From a virus: DNA of 64,000 nt. The notes below the pieces were generated by a model that was not told where the DNA came from, made no database searches, and worked only from the letters and a program-made list of their open reading frames with translations. Shown here piece after piece: positions 38,560 through 48,556 of this stretch; the first letter of the stretch is position 1, and each line of letters starts with the position of its first letter. A program made the position numbers and the translations under genes. Location of the stretch: positions 95,935-159,934 of IMG/VR virus record IMGVR_UViG_3300009512_000010; one strand, written 5' to 3'.

Positions 38560-40878
38560 TTATCCTAAAGCAATTGCATATGCTATGGCGTTACTGTTAA
38601 GTGTGTCTGAATCTGCGTTAACACCTGCGGCACCAGTAAATCCCTGTTCGCCACGCTGTCCGATTGCCGCATATACGTTCCATGTGTTATTTATGAAGAT
38701 AAAATCAACCGTATTTTGACCAAGATCTAATCTAAAATTATCTGCCACGCCCTCAATAGTATTACCATTTCTGGCAACGTCTAAGTAAAGTGTCGCATTC
38801 CAATTAGCTATATCTATAAATCTAATAGTGTTCCCTGTTACAGGGTTAGAAGGAAGTGTTACCGTAAACGCACCACCTGATGTATCAATTGCTAGTCTAT
38901 CTCCAGCAACTGCCGTATAGTTTCCAGTCTTAACACTGTAATTACTTTGGAATGCTGAGAAGTCCGAGTCAAATCCTAGATAAGATCCACGAAGCGCACC
39001 GAAGTTCCACGTTCCTAGTTCCCAACCAGTTCCGTTAACATTGATAGTCTGATCAGCTACTGATGAATCTAATCCATCTTGTACCAACCCTTGGAAAGCG
39101 TAGAACTCACCATTAGATGCATCTCTAACAAAGCCTGCTCTTCTTAATGTAGAGCCACCATCATCAGAGTATCTACCAACAAGACCAATATCAACAGCAT
39201 CTGTAGTATTGGAGTCAGCAAGTTTGATCATTGCGTTGGTAACACGAAGATCTGTTACCTGATTGCTAATTTGATCACCACCAACAACAAGGTCACCCGA
39301 AACGTTCAAGTTACCAGAGATTGTTGATCCACCAGCGAATGTAACTACTGATGATGTACTAACATCCTGACCAATTGAGATTACGCCGTTTGAAGAATTA
39401 AGTGTGACACCTGTGCCACCTGAGAAGTGTGCTCTAGCATCTGCCGCAACAGGACCTTGATAAGTGACAACACCTGTGGTATTGTTATAAGATAATGAAC
39501 CATCCCCACCAGCGTCCGTTACTGATACAGATCTTTTAGCATCTGAGTCTGCACGTGCTGTTGTGTAGTATAGATTACCACCTTCGCTCAGATCACCTGT
39601 GTTTCTTGCATCAAATGCTGAGTCTATATCTGAGTCGGCTCTTGATTTCAAGTAGTATTTGTTACTACCTTCGCTCAAATCGCCTGTGTTGTGGTTTGAT
39701 ATATCCGTTACTTGACCAGTAAGGTTACCAATGAAATTACCTTGGGATTGTATGTTACCAGATGCGATAATCTCAGAACCACGAAGATCTCCCGATACAC
39801 CAACACCACCTGTAATAACCAAAGCACCACTAGTCTTATTAGTAGAAGCTTGATTTGATGGGATAAGTACACGACCTTCTGAGTCGATAGAGAACATATC
39901 CGTACCAGTAGATAGATCGTAGTTGGCACCTACATCCTTTTTGATCTTAAAGTTTGTAGCATTACCCTCAAAGCCAATAACAAAGTCATTAGCATTCTGT
40001 ACACCAGTTACACCAATACCATGATTGAACTGATCGTTCTTACCAAGAGATATGACTGTGTCTCTTGACGAGTCGCCACCAAAGTGATATACAGTATGGT
40101 TTGAGTCGCCAAAGTTTGCACCAGTATTAAAAGAAATACCACTGTATGCATGAGTATGTACTGTAGACTGATCCCCTGCACTATCACGCAATATGATTGA
40201 TTGTAGGATAGGAGCGGTTAATGTTTTGTTGGTGAGGGTTTGTGTAGCAGTCTTAGTGACATAAGCTTTAGCAAGTAGATCAAGTTGATCACTATCCATA
40301 ACAGCAATAACACGTGCATCTGCACGAGCATTTGTATAGTATAGGTTTGACCCTTCGGCAAGATTTGAAGTTGTTTTGATAGCAAGTCTTGTATCAAAGT
40401 CGCTGTCTACTCTTGCTTCTGTATAGTATAGGTTTGACCCTTCGGCAACGTTAGTAGTACTCTTTGTATCCAAACGTGTATCAAAGTCAGCATCTTTATA
40501 TGTTGTTACACTAAACTGGCCTGTGGTACTGTTGAAGGATAAGTCTCCTCCAGCAGACAGGTGTGCGAGAACATCTGCCTTAGCAGGTCCAACATAAGTA
40601 ATTACACCTGTTGCTTCCGTGTAGGTAAGAGATCCATCACCACCGTTATCTGTGACAGAAATAGATCCTCTTGCACCAGGAATTAGGGCAGACGTGATCT
40701 TACTATTAATAAGAGCTTCTGTAACAGCCGAGTCAAGTACCCTATTAACATCATTGTTAGATGCTTTGTAGTACAAATACCCATCTGCGTAGTTTACGGC
40801 TAATTCGCCGTATTCCAAATCAGAACTATCGGGAATTCTGCCACTAACAGAACTCTTCTTATGTATAAGTTTGACCAT
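38560..40878 (-). CDS. Tail fibre-like structural protein
   Basis: N-terminal LEYGELAVNYADG.LYYK, four EGSNLYYT.ARAD-type repeats, C-terminal DTSGGAFTVTLP.NP..G module, ends AIAYAIALG. Confidence 0.7.
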   Translation of the reverse strand: MVKLIHKKSSVSGRIPDSSDLEYGELAVNYADGYLYYKASNNDVNRVLDSAVTEALINSKITSALIPGARGSISVTDNGGDGSLTYTEATGVITYVGPAKADVLAHLSAGGDLSFNSTTGQFSVTTYKDADFDTRLDTKSTTNVAEGSNLYYTEARVDSDFDTRLAIKTTSNLAEGSNLYYTNARADARVIAVMDSDQLDLLAKAYVTKTATQTLTNKTLTAPILQSIILRDSAGDQSTVHTHAYSGISFNTGANFGDSNHTVYHFGGDSSRDTVISLGKNDQFNHGIGVTGVQNANDFVIGFEGNATNFKIKKDVGANYDLSTGTDMFSIDSEGRVLIPSNQASTNKTSGALVITGGVGVSGDLRGSEIIASGNIQSQGNFIGNLTGQVTDISNHNTGDLSEGSNKYYLKSRADSDIDSAFDARNTGDLSEGGNLYYTTARADSDAKRSVSVTDAGGDGSLSYNNTTGVVTYQGPVAADARAHFSGGTGVTLNSSNGVISIGQDVSTSSVVTFAGGSTISGNLNVSGDLVVGGDQISNQVTDLRVTNAMIKLADSNTTDAVDIGLVGRYSDDGGSTLRRAGFVRDASNGEFYAFQGLVQDGLDSSVADQTINVNGTGWELGTWNFGALRGSYLGFDSDFSAFQSNYSVKTGNYTAVAGDRLAIDTSGGAFTVTLPSNPVTGNTIRFIDIANWNATLYLDVARNGNTIEGVADNFRLDLGQNTVDFIFINNTWNVYAAIGQRGEQGFTGAAGVNADSDTLNSNAIAYAIALG

Positions 40879-40945
40879 TATGACCCTTAAGAAAGCTTAA
40901 ACCGAACTAAAAAGCCCAGCGTATTGTATTACATCATAGTGCTAT

Positions 40946-42490
40946 TTAGTACGTCCCACCATTGACCTCATGGATGATAACATCACCAGCGCCAGATACA
41001 GTAAAGTAATCTGTATTAAACTTAGCAACACCTAGATTAGACGAACTTGCTATTTCAGCCGTAACAGTTAATGTACCTGCACCATCATTGTAAGTAAGGT
41101 CAATAGCCTCACCTGCAAGAAGCAAGTTATTCATTCTGTCATCTATACGTTCATCGAACCCAATGCCATCAATTTTAAAGTCATTACCAGTTAAAAGGTT
41201 TACATGTCTATTAAAGTCCCAAGCGGCAGTAGATGAGTTGTATTTGATAGATGCACCTGCGGTATCAACTTGGATACCAGCACCAGTTGCCGCCGCACTA
41301 TCGGCAGAGCCTTGGGCAACAATAACAAGTTTGTCTGTGATAGACAGGTCTGTTGAGTTGATTATTGTTTGCGTACCATCAACCTGTAGGTCACCACGAA
41401 TGATAACTTTACCAGTGACTTCCATGTTATTACCTGGATCGATCCACATATAACCATTAGCAGAGTCAGTCGTTGATATGACATTACCATTTACACGGAC
41501 ATTGTCAACATCTAATTGTGTAAGACCTGCTAGATCTGTAACTGTTGCACCCGGATTTAAGTTAGTTGAACCAAGTGTGGATGCCGCAACTGTGATAGCA
41601 CCGTTGCTATTACCGAAGTCTGTAGCATCAAACCTAGCAACACCAAGGTTTGTATCAGTAGCAACTTCTGCGCCGACTGTAACAATACCACCAGAAGTAG
41701 TAATGTCAATACCCTCCATACCTTTAAAGGCAAGAGTTCCAGATCCAAGAGCAACTGAACCAGAGGAAGCACTGTCGCCAGTGAGGTTAAGAGTTGTAGA
41801 GATATTGTTAGTGCCAGCAGAAGTCAAACGACCTTGATCGTCAACCGTGAACACTGGAATAGCTGTTGCGCTACCATATGAACCTGCTGTAACCGCAGTA
41901 TTGTCTAGAGCAATGGAAACTTGGTTGTTAGTAACCGAAGATGTTAATCCAATTCCGCCTACGACAGCAAGAGTGTCAGTAGCAATTAGAACTAGGTCTG
42001 AGTCAGCACCATCTGAAATTCTAAGACCAGTTGCGGCGTTATACGAATCTACATAGCCCTTAGTCGCCGCATCAGCCGAATCTACCGGGGTAGCAAGGTC
42101 TTCGATCTTATTAAAGTTAAGAACAACAGATCCTGTACCATTTGGTTCTAGGAAGATGTCGCCATTCGTATCTGTAGCAGTGATGGTATTACCATCAATT
42201 GTCAGATTGTCAACAAGTAATTCGTTGATCTTTTTGTTTGCGTCTACAAGTAATGCAGAGGACGCTGTTAGAGTACCTTTAGCATGATCTAATTGATCGG
42301 TAAAATACTTACCACCAATGATTTCATGATTTGCGGCATCTCCGTCTGTTTCTGTTCCATGACCAAAATAGAGACGATCACCACCGTTGGAACCGTTATC
42401 TGCTAAGGATGAGTATGCTAATTCGCCAGCCGCCAACGTGGTAGGGTTACCTGATGTCGCACTGCGTTTAATTCTAATTATTGATGCCAT
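40946..42490 (-). CDS. Tail fibre-like structural protein
   Basis: MASIIRIKRS...LAAGELAYS, AATKGYVD, VTAGSYGSATAIPVFTVD.QGRLT, ends NGGTY. Confidence 0.7.
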   Translation of the reverse strand: MASIIRIKRSATSGNPTTLAAGELAYSSLADNGSNGGDRLYFGHGTETDGDAANHEIIGGKYFTDQLDHAKGTLTASSALLVDANKKINELLVDNLTIDGNTITATDTNGDIFLEPNGTGSVVLNFNKIEDLATPVDSADAATKGYVDSYNAATGLRISDGADSDLVLIATDTLAVVGGIGLTSSVTNNQVSIALDNTAVTAGSYGSATAIPVFTVDDQGRLTSAGTNNISTTLNLTGDSASSGSVALGSGTLAFKGMEGIDITTSGGIVTVGAEVATDTNLGVARFDATDFGNSNGAITVAASTLGSTNLNPGATVTDLAGLTQLDVDNVRVNGNVISTTDSANGYMWIDPGNNMEVTGKVIIRGDLQVDGTQTIINSTDLSITDKLVIVAQGSADSAAATGAGIQVDTAGASIKYNSSTAAWDFNRHVNLLTGNDFKIDGIGFDERIDDRMNNLLLAGEAIDLTYNDGAGTLTVTAEIASSSNLGVAKFNTDYFTVSGAGDVIIHEVNGGTY

Positions 42491-42747
42491 CAGTATTGGC
42501 CTCCGTTAAAGTTTGTATCTGTTAAGTCTAGTTGGGCAACGAACTTACCCACCTGTTCATCATAAACTAAAACAGAACCTGTAACGGCCCCGGTGGTATC
42601 AACTCCACCCAAATTTGATACGTTAAAGGCACCAGAAGTAACTCTCTTTACAGGAGTTCCTACGACAACTTTAGCAACTTGTACTCCACTTGAGCCAAGT
42701 TTAATTTTAGCAACTCGTACTCCACTCACACCAACTTGAATAGACAT
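42490..42747 (-). CDS. Small structural protein
   Basis: 85 aa; L..VDT......GSVLVYD...KFV, ends NGGQY like its neighbour. Confidence 0.55.
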   Translation of the reverse strand: MSIQVGVSGVRVAKIKLGSSGVQVAKVVVGTPVKRVTSGAFNVSNLGGVDTTGAVTGSVLVYDEQVGKFVAQLDLTDTNFNGGQY

Positions 42748-42753
42748 TATTTT

Positions 42754-43107
42754 CTACCTTGTTACTGATGGAGATACGACAATACGTCCTTCAAGGACAC
42801 GTTCTATAATGGCATTGGAGTCGCTATCTGTAAAGCTTATCTCAACATCATATACATACTTACCTGCTCTTAGAGAATCTGTCTGCGCATTCGTTAAAGA
42901 TAACGTAATTATACCATCCGTAGCTGGTGTTGCTATAATTGAATTGAAAATTTGAGTGTCTGCACTATCGGAGTTAAAGTTCTTCTTCATCTTGGCGTTT
43001 ATAGTGTGGTTATTCAGATCCTTGGCACCGCCTGTAGGATCAATCAGGTGAAGCTCAATAGCCACATCAGCACCCTGATCAATTGTAAATGTTTCTTCTT
43101 GTGCCAT
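42754..43107 (-). CDS. Small baseplate/fibre adaptor-like protein
   Basis: IDQGAD, GIITLSLTNAQT..L.AGKYVYDVEI, RVLEGRIVVSPSVT; first gene after the late promoters. Confidence 0.65.
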   Translation of the reverse strand: MAQEETFTIDQGADVAIELHLIDPTGGAKDLNNHTINAKMKKNFNSDSADTQIFNSIIATPATDGIITLSLTNAQTDSLRAGKYVYDVEISFTDSDSNAIIERVLEGRIVVSPSVTR

Positions 43108-43143
43108 GCATCGTACCCATAAATTGCTATGTTTTGTTACTTC

Positions 43144-43212
43144 TATTTATACAGATTATATCGTGAGAGTTTCATTAACACTGCATAAATCATAACGTTT
43201 CTTCTATTTATA
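43144..43212 (-). promoter_or_regulatory. Two T4-type late promoters heading the fibre/precursor/radical SAM operon
   Basis: tatttata on + at 43144-43151 and 43205-43212. Confidence 0.8.
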
Positions 43213-43224
43213 CATTTTAGGGAC

Positions 43225-43253
43225 TTGACAAAAATGACGAATCTGGGTATAAT
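43225..43253 (+). promoter_or_regulatory. Perfect consensus sigma70 promoter
   Basis: TTGACA (43225-43230), 17 nt, TATAAT (43248-43253). Confidence 0.8.
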
Positions 43254-43286
43254 AAAGGATCAGCTTCGAGAATAGGGGAGAGAGTG

Positions 43287-44243
43287 TTAATCATCTATTG
43301 AATAATAGTGGTTATCAACTTCCATGGCAAAACCATTTAGGTAACTTCTTAGTTCCGTAGGTGATGTTGCATGACGCAAGTATCTTTGGGGGTGTTCCGT
43401 TACGCTATTTGTTTTGAAATCAAACTGAGACACCTTAGTGGGCGTATTACCATTACCAGTATTCCAACTAGTATGCTGAACACTTACTGATATCTCAGAA
43501 CCCTTATCTTTCTGGTGCTTGAAGTAGAAACCGTCATGATAATGGTCACCCGATATAAATGATCCAAAGCATACTGTGGGTAGGTTTATAATAGCCGCAC
43601 CATAATAACTACCACCATGTAAAGTGAAATGCATTTTGCTGTGTTTCAATAGGGTGAAGATCTGCTCCTCTCCCATTGTATAATCGACACGCTTCACTGG
43701 TAGCTTACATATGTTATCTATATCATCAATAACATCTAGTTGTCCAGAATGTCTAGCAATTTCATACTTGGCAGATCCTTTTAGATCATCTTGAAAGTCG
43801 TGGAGTGTAATGTAATCTCCATCACGTTTAGCTTGCCAACTTTCATTCAAAGGCCATATGGAAGATGATGCCCATCTTTCTTGGATTGTATTAGCGTAAA
43901 CATCTTCATATTCGTATATGGTGAATATCACACCATTAGTGGGTGGGTGGTAGTTTTCCAGAAGCCATATGATGGTCTCCATGACTGTCCAACTATTACT
44001 GTCCTTAACCTTCTTACCATTACACCATTCAGTGTCTATCATGATACATACTTTGTATGGTTCTTTGACAATCCCACTGTCATTCATGACTTGTATTCTA
44101 TAGAGCAATGGGGCGAACTGTGAAGTCAATGCCGCATATGCTCTACAGTTACCATCATCAAGTTTTACGATGTGGTTTTCTGGTGTAGCTCTTTCGTTGC
44201 TTTTACACCCTAATGCAATGGTCTTTATATGCTTCATTTTCAA
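43287..44243 (-). CDS. Hypothetical protein, possibly GT-B glycosyltransferase-related
   Basis: HSKMHFTLHGGSYYGAAIINLPTVCFG weakly resembles the GT9 C-terminal motif; start uncertain. Confidence 0.4.
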   Translation of the reverse strand: MKMKHIKTIALGCKSNERATPENHIVKLDDGNCRAYAALTSQFAPLLYRIQVMNDSGIVKEPYKVCIMIDTEWCNGKKVKDSNSWTVMETIIWLLENYHPPTNGVIFTIYEYEDVYANTIQERWASSSIWPLNESWQAKRDGDYITLHDFQDDLKGSAKYEIARHSGQLDVIDDIDNICKLPVKRVDYTMGEEQIFTLLKHSKMHFTLHGGSYYGAAIINLPTVCFGSFISGDHYHDGFYFKHQKDKGSEISVSVQHTSWNTGNGNTPTKVSQFDFKTNSVTEHPQRYLRHATSPTELRSYLNGFAMEVDNHYYSIDD

Positions 44244-44700
44244 TCCTTGTTGGGTCTACTAGAAAGTAGTTATATGTATATCTTGTTTCGTCGCTAGACT
44301 TATAATCATGCCACGTCACACCTGTTTCTCCACAGAATATCATTAGACGATTAGGTTTCCATTCAATGGTCTCTTGTTTGCCATCGATATAAAATGTCGT
44401 TCCATGGTTTTTCTCTGGACTGAGATATATGATTGCTGACATGATCTTAAACTCTGCTTCATCATGCATCTTGTGGGTAAAGTTTGGGACTGTGGTTGCG
44501 GTGTGTATAAACCTAGCCAATTCTCTATAACCACGTTTCTTACCAAAGTAATTTGCAAACTGCGCAATCTCTGGTGTTGGATCATAGTCGTACCAATGCC
44601 TACTAACACTACCGTCTTGCTTGGTAGATCTTGCATCAAAGAGTATAGCATTGTATGTTTCTTCTGATAAGAAGTTATCTCTTATAAGTATTTTTGTCAT
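44203..44700 (-). CDS. Fe(II)/2OG oxygenase
   Basis: IRDNFL, MHDEA..KIMSAIIYLSP...GT.FY, EWKPNRLMIF, TWH.Y...RYT. Confidence 0.75.
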   Translation of the reverse strand: MTKILIRDNFLSEETYNAILFDARSTKQDGSVSRHWYDYDPTPEIAQFANYFGKKRGYRELARFIHTATTVPNFTHKMHDEAEFKIMSAIIYLSPEKNHGTTFYIDGKQETIEWKPNRLMIFCGETGVTWHDYKSSDETRYTYNYFLVDPTRIENEAYKDHCIRV

Positions 44701-45641
44701 ATTCTATATTTCTCCATTGTGAAAGTTGAGCCAGTTAGTGTATTGTAATCAGCATCAAAGTTAGACCACACCAAAGCATCAGGTGCATCATATAACATGT
44801 CACAGTTCTTACAGTATTCTATAGAGTCGAAGTCATGGAACTCGTGCGCTCTTCTTAATTCATTATACTTCTCTCCATGCCAAATATCCATGATAGACTC
44901 TTCGGATAGATGACCAAGAACCGCTTTACTATCTTGACCTAGAACCATACAACAAGGTACAACCGCACCTGTCTTTTTATCATTCCCCCCTGCTCTTACA
45001 ATGAGATCTGGCGAGAATGGTCTGCCACAACTGCGCTTCTTCTTACCCTCACGCCAATCAACACCCAACTGTCCCGACCAATTGTGCATCTTCCAAATCG
45101 ACGCTTTAATACCAGGAACGTGATTAATCCAATTCTCACGGTATTGACGTACTTCTTCTGCTATGTTATTGTTGTCTAGGATGAGTGAATAAGATCCAAG
45201 GTTTCCACCATATTCTATTGCGGCATTGGCATTGTCCATTACCTGATAGAAAGCATCTTTGCTCATATTCTCTTCGTAGGTTTTCTGATCGTAACCAGTG
45301 ACTGAGACACGTGCAAAGTGCATACCCGCATCAATAGTCTTTTTCATTAAATCGTTCTTAAACCAAAAGCCATTAGTGATGAACGACATCTTAAACCCAC
45401 GATCAGATCCAGCCTTAACAAAGTCTGGTAATCTTTTGTTCATGGTAGGTTCTCCCGAACCCTCAAGATAGATCTCCTCACACTCGCCAATATCAACCAA
45501 TTGATCTAAGGTATTAATGAACTGTTGATATGACATCATCCTTTTAAAGGACTTCTCTCTACCATCGTCAAAAGAGTGTGGGCAGAACGTACAACTGTAG
45601 TTGCACGAGCCACATATCTCTATCACTGCTTTTTTAATCAT
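44697..45641 (-). CDS. Radical SAM protein with SPASM/twitch domain
   Basis: CNYSCTFC, EGSGEP, CGRPF...VVPCC...LGHL...CKNC. Confidence 0.9.
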   Translation of the reverse strand: MIKKAVIEICGSCNYSCTFCPHSFDDGREKSFKRMMSYQQFINTLDQLVDIGECEEIYLEGSGEPTMNKRLPDFVKAGSDRGFKMSFITNGFWFKNDLMKKTIDAGMHFARVSVTGYDQKTYEENMSKDAFYQVMDNANAAIEYGGNLGSYSLILDNNNIAEEVRQYRENWINHVPGIKASIWKMHNWSGQLGVDWREGKKKRSCGRPFSPDLIVRAGGNDKKTGAVVPCCMVLGQDSKAVLGHLSEESIMDIWHGEKYNELRRAHEFHDFDSIEYCKNCDMLYDAPDALVWSNFDADYNTLTGSTFTMEKYRI

Positions 45642-45643
45642 GT

Positions 45644-45675
45644 TATAAATACCCCTGAATACTTCACTATTTATA
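45644..45675. promoter_or_regulatory. Paired late promoters serving divergent operons
   Basis: TATAAATA on + at 45644-45651 and on - at 45668-45675, between the two divergent start codons (45641 and 45687). Confidence 0.8.
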
Positions 45676-45686
45676 GGGAAATTAAA

Positions 45687-46238
45687 ATGACTATAGAAGA
45701 ACTCTTTACAACAAGAAGGCAGATAAGATCCTTTGATAGTGAGAAGATCCCATCAAGAGAACTTATAGAAGATCTTTTGCACAAGACCTTTTCCTTGACG
45801 CCATCCAAACAGAACATCTTTCCATATTCTGTTCACGTTATAGGTCCTGAGCATTATGCCTTGAAGGATGAACTATATCTATTAAGTCAACACTTGGGTC
45901 AAACATCAAACACTCAATCACTTGCTCCATATAACCTATTATTCACTCCAAGACTTGCTAAACCGAATAGTTTTAGTAACGAAATAGCTCAAGTCAACAT
46001 TGAAGTGGGCATGTTCAGCGCAATACTTACTGGACTATGTGTTGAGCAAGGACTATCGGTTGGATATATGTTATGTTATAAAGATGATGTGAGCTATTGG
46101 ACTAACTTTCCTAATGATGGTTTGAGGGTCGAATTCACCATGCATATAGGTTATGCTGATGATGCTGTTAGACCGTTTATCTCAGAATCTAAACCAGAAT
46201 ATGATGAGGTAATAAATTGGTATAAGGCGATAAAATGA
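45687..46238 (+). CDS. Nitroreductase-family protein
   Basis: RRQIRSF...IP...TPSKQN..PY, IEVGMF...CVEQGL.VGY, IGY; start MTIEEL at 45687 (the track gives 45576). Confidence 0.75.
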   Translation: MTIEELFTTRRQIRSFDSEKIPSRELIEDLLHKTFSLTPSKQNIFPYSVHVIGPEHYALKDELYLLSQHLGQTSNTQSLAPYNLLFTPRLAKPNSFSNEIAQVNIEVGMFSAILTGLCVEQGLSVGYMLCYKDDVSYWTNFPNDGLRVEFTMHIGYADDAVRPFISESKPEYDEVINWYKAIK

Positions 46239-46966
46239 GAATTACACATGCTAACCAGACGATAGAGTTTTTTACGGATTCGTCTCTTCCTAGTATTCCC
46301 AAACATATTGGATTGTCTGTATCTGGGGGTCTCGATTCGGCTTCCCTTTTATTCCTAATATGTAAACACTATCCACAGATTAAAGTGTCTCCTATGATCG
46401 GAATAGATGCTTATGCAAAGTTTGATGCTCTGTGTGCATTTGACATTATTGAGTGGATGAAAGATAGATTTCCTAATCATAACATACTAGACAATCAATC
46501 ATTTACCTTTGATCATTGGGATCCGTATTGGATAGAGAAAGCTCAAGATCTACACGATAGGGGTGTGGCGACAGCACTACAGGCTGAAGGAACCTCTAAG
46601 AACTTGCAAATGAGGAATGGACTACAGACGATCAAGGATGAGATAAAGTATGAATGGCATGTTACAGGAACAACTGCAAACCCCCCTGATGATTATATGA
46701 AGAAGCATGGGTTCTATCATAAGGCTGAACATGTCAGAGATGAACCGCATAATAGAAAGACTTTTGTGAGAGGTCTATATACTCCATACATAAATGTAAA
46801 CAAGAAATTTGTGGCTGGTGTGTACAAAGATAACGATTTAATGGATGAGTTATATCCATACACAAGCTCGTGTGTGGGGATGCCAGACAAGACAGACTAT
46901 GGAACTGTTGCTTGCGGAACTTGCTTCTGGTGTCATGAAAAGAAATGGGGATTTGAAGATGATTAA
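46235..46966 (+). CDS. QueC-like PP-loop ATPase
   Basis: LSVSGGLDSA PP-loop; TSSC...CGTCFWCHEKKWGF zinc site. Confidence 0.75.
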   Translation: MRITHANQTIEFFTDSSLPSIPKHIGLSVSGGLDSASLLFLICKHYPQIKVSPMIGIDAYAKFDALCAFDIIEWMKDRFPNHNILDNQSFTFDHWDPYWIEKAQDLHDRGVATALQAEGTSKNLQMRNGLQTIKDEIKYEWHVTGTTANPPDDYMKKHGFYHKAEHVRDEPHNRKTFVRGLYTPYINVNKKFVAGVYKDNDLMDELYPYTSSCVGMPDKTDYGTVACGTCFWCHEKKWGFEDD

Positions 46967-47690
46967 ATACAACAATATAGAACTAGATCTATTCTCACGT
47001 GGAGTTCCAGACAAGGTTATGCTATCATTGTCTGGTGGACTTGACTCGGCGTCCTTACTTTATATCATATGTAAGGAGTATCCCCAAATGGAAATCATTC
47101 CATACACTGGTAAGGATAAATATGCTCCATTTGATTTCTTATCCGCAACTATGGTCATTCAGTGGATGCAAGATAAGTTTCCCGATAACAATATTAAGGA
47201 ACACGAATGGTTTGAATTTGATGTTCAAGATCCTGTTCAGCGTAAAAGAGCGGAAGACGAGTGGGAGAATGAAAAGGTATTGGTTGGTGGTAAAAGAGTT
47301 GAAAGGTGTAGCACAATAAATGGTCTAGCCAAGATCCTAATGATTAGAGAGTTTACTCATTCTGTTTGGGATAAGCACAAAAACCCTATGATTGTGACTG
47401 GTATGACTGGCAACCCATCAGTTGAGGAAATGAAGAAACATGGGTTCTATGATGTTCGTGAGAAACGAAGGGATGATGGTAAGGTTGCTAAGGAATATGG
47501 ATTTAACTATCAACCATTTGTCAACGTAGACAAGAAGTTTGTTGCCGATATATATCGAAGTAATGATATCATGGATCTCTATGAAGTAACTTCATCGTGC
47601 ATTGGTAGTGCTAAAAATACTAATTTTCATACCGAACCGTGTGGCGTATGCTTCTGGTGTCATGAAAAGAAGTGGGCATTTGAGTGTTAA
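46959..47690 (+). CDS. QueC-like PP-loop ATPase (paralogue)
   Basis: LSLSGGLDSA; TSSC...CGVCFWCHEKKWAF; start MIKYNN at 46959 (the track gives 46845). Confidence 0.75.
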   Translation: MIKYNNIELDLFSRGVPDKVMLSLSGGLDSASLLYIICKEYPQMEIIPYTGKDKYAPFDFLSATMVIQWMQDKFPDNNIKEHEWFEFDVQDPVQRKRAEDEWENEKVLVGGKRVERCSTINGLAKILMIREFTHSVWDKHKNPMIVTGMTGNPSVEEMKKHGFYDVREKRRDDGKVAKEYGFNYQPFVNVDKKFVADIYRSNDIMDLYEVTSSCIGSAKNTNFHTEPCGVCFWCHEKKWAFEC

Positions 47691-48556
47691 ACATTGTAGT
47701 AACAGGTAAACCATCTGATGGTCTATTCTTCTACAGTTGTGAACACTACTTCAAACTCTCATCTCTAGGAATTGATGTACAATTGATTGTCTTTAGGGCA
47801 GGGGGAGGAAATGGAACACATTTTCCTAAGAAGGAATATCTAAATTCGGTAAAAGAGAAATACACTAAAACCATACCAATTATATTCGATGATTACTTTC
47901 CAGAACCCAATGAAGTTAATCTAATTATGGGCAGAAGTATGCTTACTCTTGCTTATAAACAGAGAGGCGATCATGATGAAGATAAACAGTTTAGTATGTC
48001 TCTTCTATTTAAAAACCCATTGATATCTGTTTACTCGGAAAACCACCCTATAGAGTATGATGAGGCTGTTGACTTCTTTAAGCCCAAGAAGATTTATGAT
48101 TTGTGTGACCATGATGTATATCCTAATGGTGTAGGAGAACAGTTTGAGAAGTATATTCACTTTGATAACTATAAAGATCCTGTGGATGATATACAATTCA
48201 AGTATCTATTTCTTGGAACCACACCAGACTATTACAAATGGGCAGAAGAATCTATTGACAAATATCCTGATCATGGTATAATAGGTTACTGTCCACCAGA
48301 CTACGTTAATCTAAATCTCAATAACGTAAGAGCACCTGTTAAGAACTTAATGGGAATATTCGATACGTATGTTTACCTCAAGAAGACATTCGATCCTGCA
48401 CCTAGAATACTACAAGAGTGTTGGCACTATGGGAAGAACGTTGTAGTTGATAGACCAGACATGCACGATGGTGGATCTGTATATATAGAACGTGGTGCAA
48501 AAACGCCTAATGTTAACGCTATACTAAGGGCGTATGATGAAATACATAGTAGTTAG
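47684..48556 (+). CDS. Hypothetical protein, possibly glycosyltransferase-related
   Basis: 290 aa in the operon; FDPAPRILQECWHYGK resembles a GT-B C-terminal segment. Confidence 0.4.
   Translation: MLNIVVTGKPSDGLFFYSCEHYFKLSSLGIDVQLIVFRAGGGNGTHFPKKEYLNSVKEKYTKTIPIIFDDYFPEPNEVNLIMGRSMLTLAYKQRGDHDEDKQFSMSLLFKNPLISVYSENHPIEYDEAVDFFKPKKIYDLCDHDVYPNGVGEQFEKYIHFDNYKDPVDDIQFKYLFLGTTPDYYKWAEESIDKYPDHGIIGYCPPDYVNLNLNNVRAPVKNLMGIFDTYVYLKKTFDPAPRILQECWHYGKNVVVDRPDMHDGGSVYIERGAKTPNVNAILRAYDEIHSS

Noticed and set aside
43143-43291. Tiny ORFs in the intergenic region (MIYAVLMKLSRYNLYK on minus; GTG-started 5-codon ORF on plus)
   Set aside because: They are too short, have no supporting homology and overlap promoter elements.
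46235-47690. 7-deazaguanine DNA modification or queuosine pathway
   Set aside because: Only QueC-like genes are seen; no FolE, QueD, clear QueE or DpdA is in the window, and the promoters are late-type.
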